DNA from: a virus
Lineage: Duplodnaviria; Caudoviricetes
Strand: one strand, 5' to 3'
Virus record (IMG/VR): IMGVR_UViG_3300046000_011464
Location: 1-56,699 of that record
Length of the DNA stretch: 56,699 bases
This document shows positions 56,648 through 56,699 of the stretch, one piece after another. The first letter of the stretch is position 1. Every line of letters begins with the position of its first letter. A model generated the notes under the pieces. It did not search any database, was not told where the DNA came from, and saw only the letters and a list, made by a program, of their open reading frames with translations. Made by a program: the position numbers and the translations under genes.

Positions 56648-56699
56648 AACTTTTTCCTTTTTAATTAATATCTCTTGAACACTTAAATATACGAAATTC

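Larger units (their letters stand above)
47590..56695 (-). promoter_or_regulatory. Repeated early promoter TTCGTATATTT (often followed by AAGTAT)
   Basis: 17 exact AAATATACGAA copies on + at 47590, 48110, 49205, 49442, 51871, 52385, 52858, 53172, 53486, 53836, 54155, 54495, 54749, 55358, 55785, 56169 and 56685, plus variants at 46675 and 50276; most lie ~25-45 nt before an ATG; resembles the Bacteroidota TAnnTTTG -7 element. Confidence 0.8.

Noticed and set aside
47590-56695. CRISPR array or integron attC array
   Set aside because: Repeats are short, non-palindromic, separated by whole ORFs of variable length, and sit at promoter distance from start codons
1-56699. Stop-codon reassignment (alternative genetic code) or introns/inteins in core genes
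   Set aside because: Coding density is high in the standard code; TAA, TAG and TGA all terminate genes; terminase, portal and primase are uninterrupted and of normal length

Overview
AT-rich fragment (roughly 30% GC) of a large, distantly T4-like myovirus genome with essentially all genes on the minus strand. The likely host is Bacteroidota/Flavobacterium-type, inferred from the promoter motif, the absence of SD sequences and SprB-like repeats. Left to right: (i) head module with a truncated scaffold, prohead protease, portal and large terminase; (ii) a long block of probable internal head proteins, many with a shared N-terminal 'M-x-K-L-xx-L-L-x-E / L-xx-L-I-K-E' tag, including a P-loop kinase, an HxGH nucleotidyltransferase-metallopeptidase fusion, a HAD nucleotidase and a PD-(D/E)XK-like nuclease, interspersed with an AAA_28-like kinase, an HNH homing endonuclease and an FAD oxidoreductase; (iii) exonuclease, primase and a GIY-YIG protein; (iv) baseplate/tail module (gp6-like, gp25-like, gp5-like, large wedge, SprB-repeat protein); (v) gp55-like sigma factor, HD hydrolase and glutaredoxin; (vi) a 65% GC structured non-coding island at ~46.9 kb; (vii) an early region of small single-gene cassettes, most preceded by TTCGTATATTT, containing three aberrant tRNA-like RNAs and an AT-hook repeat protein. 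The best candidates for a novel system are a late-expressed, apparently capsid-tagged set of nucleotide-handling enzymes and the anticodon-less tRNA-like RNAs. All protein assignments are from motif recognition by eye; no database searches were run.
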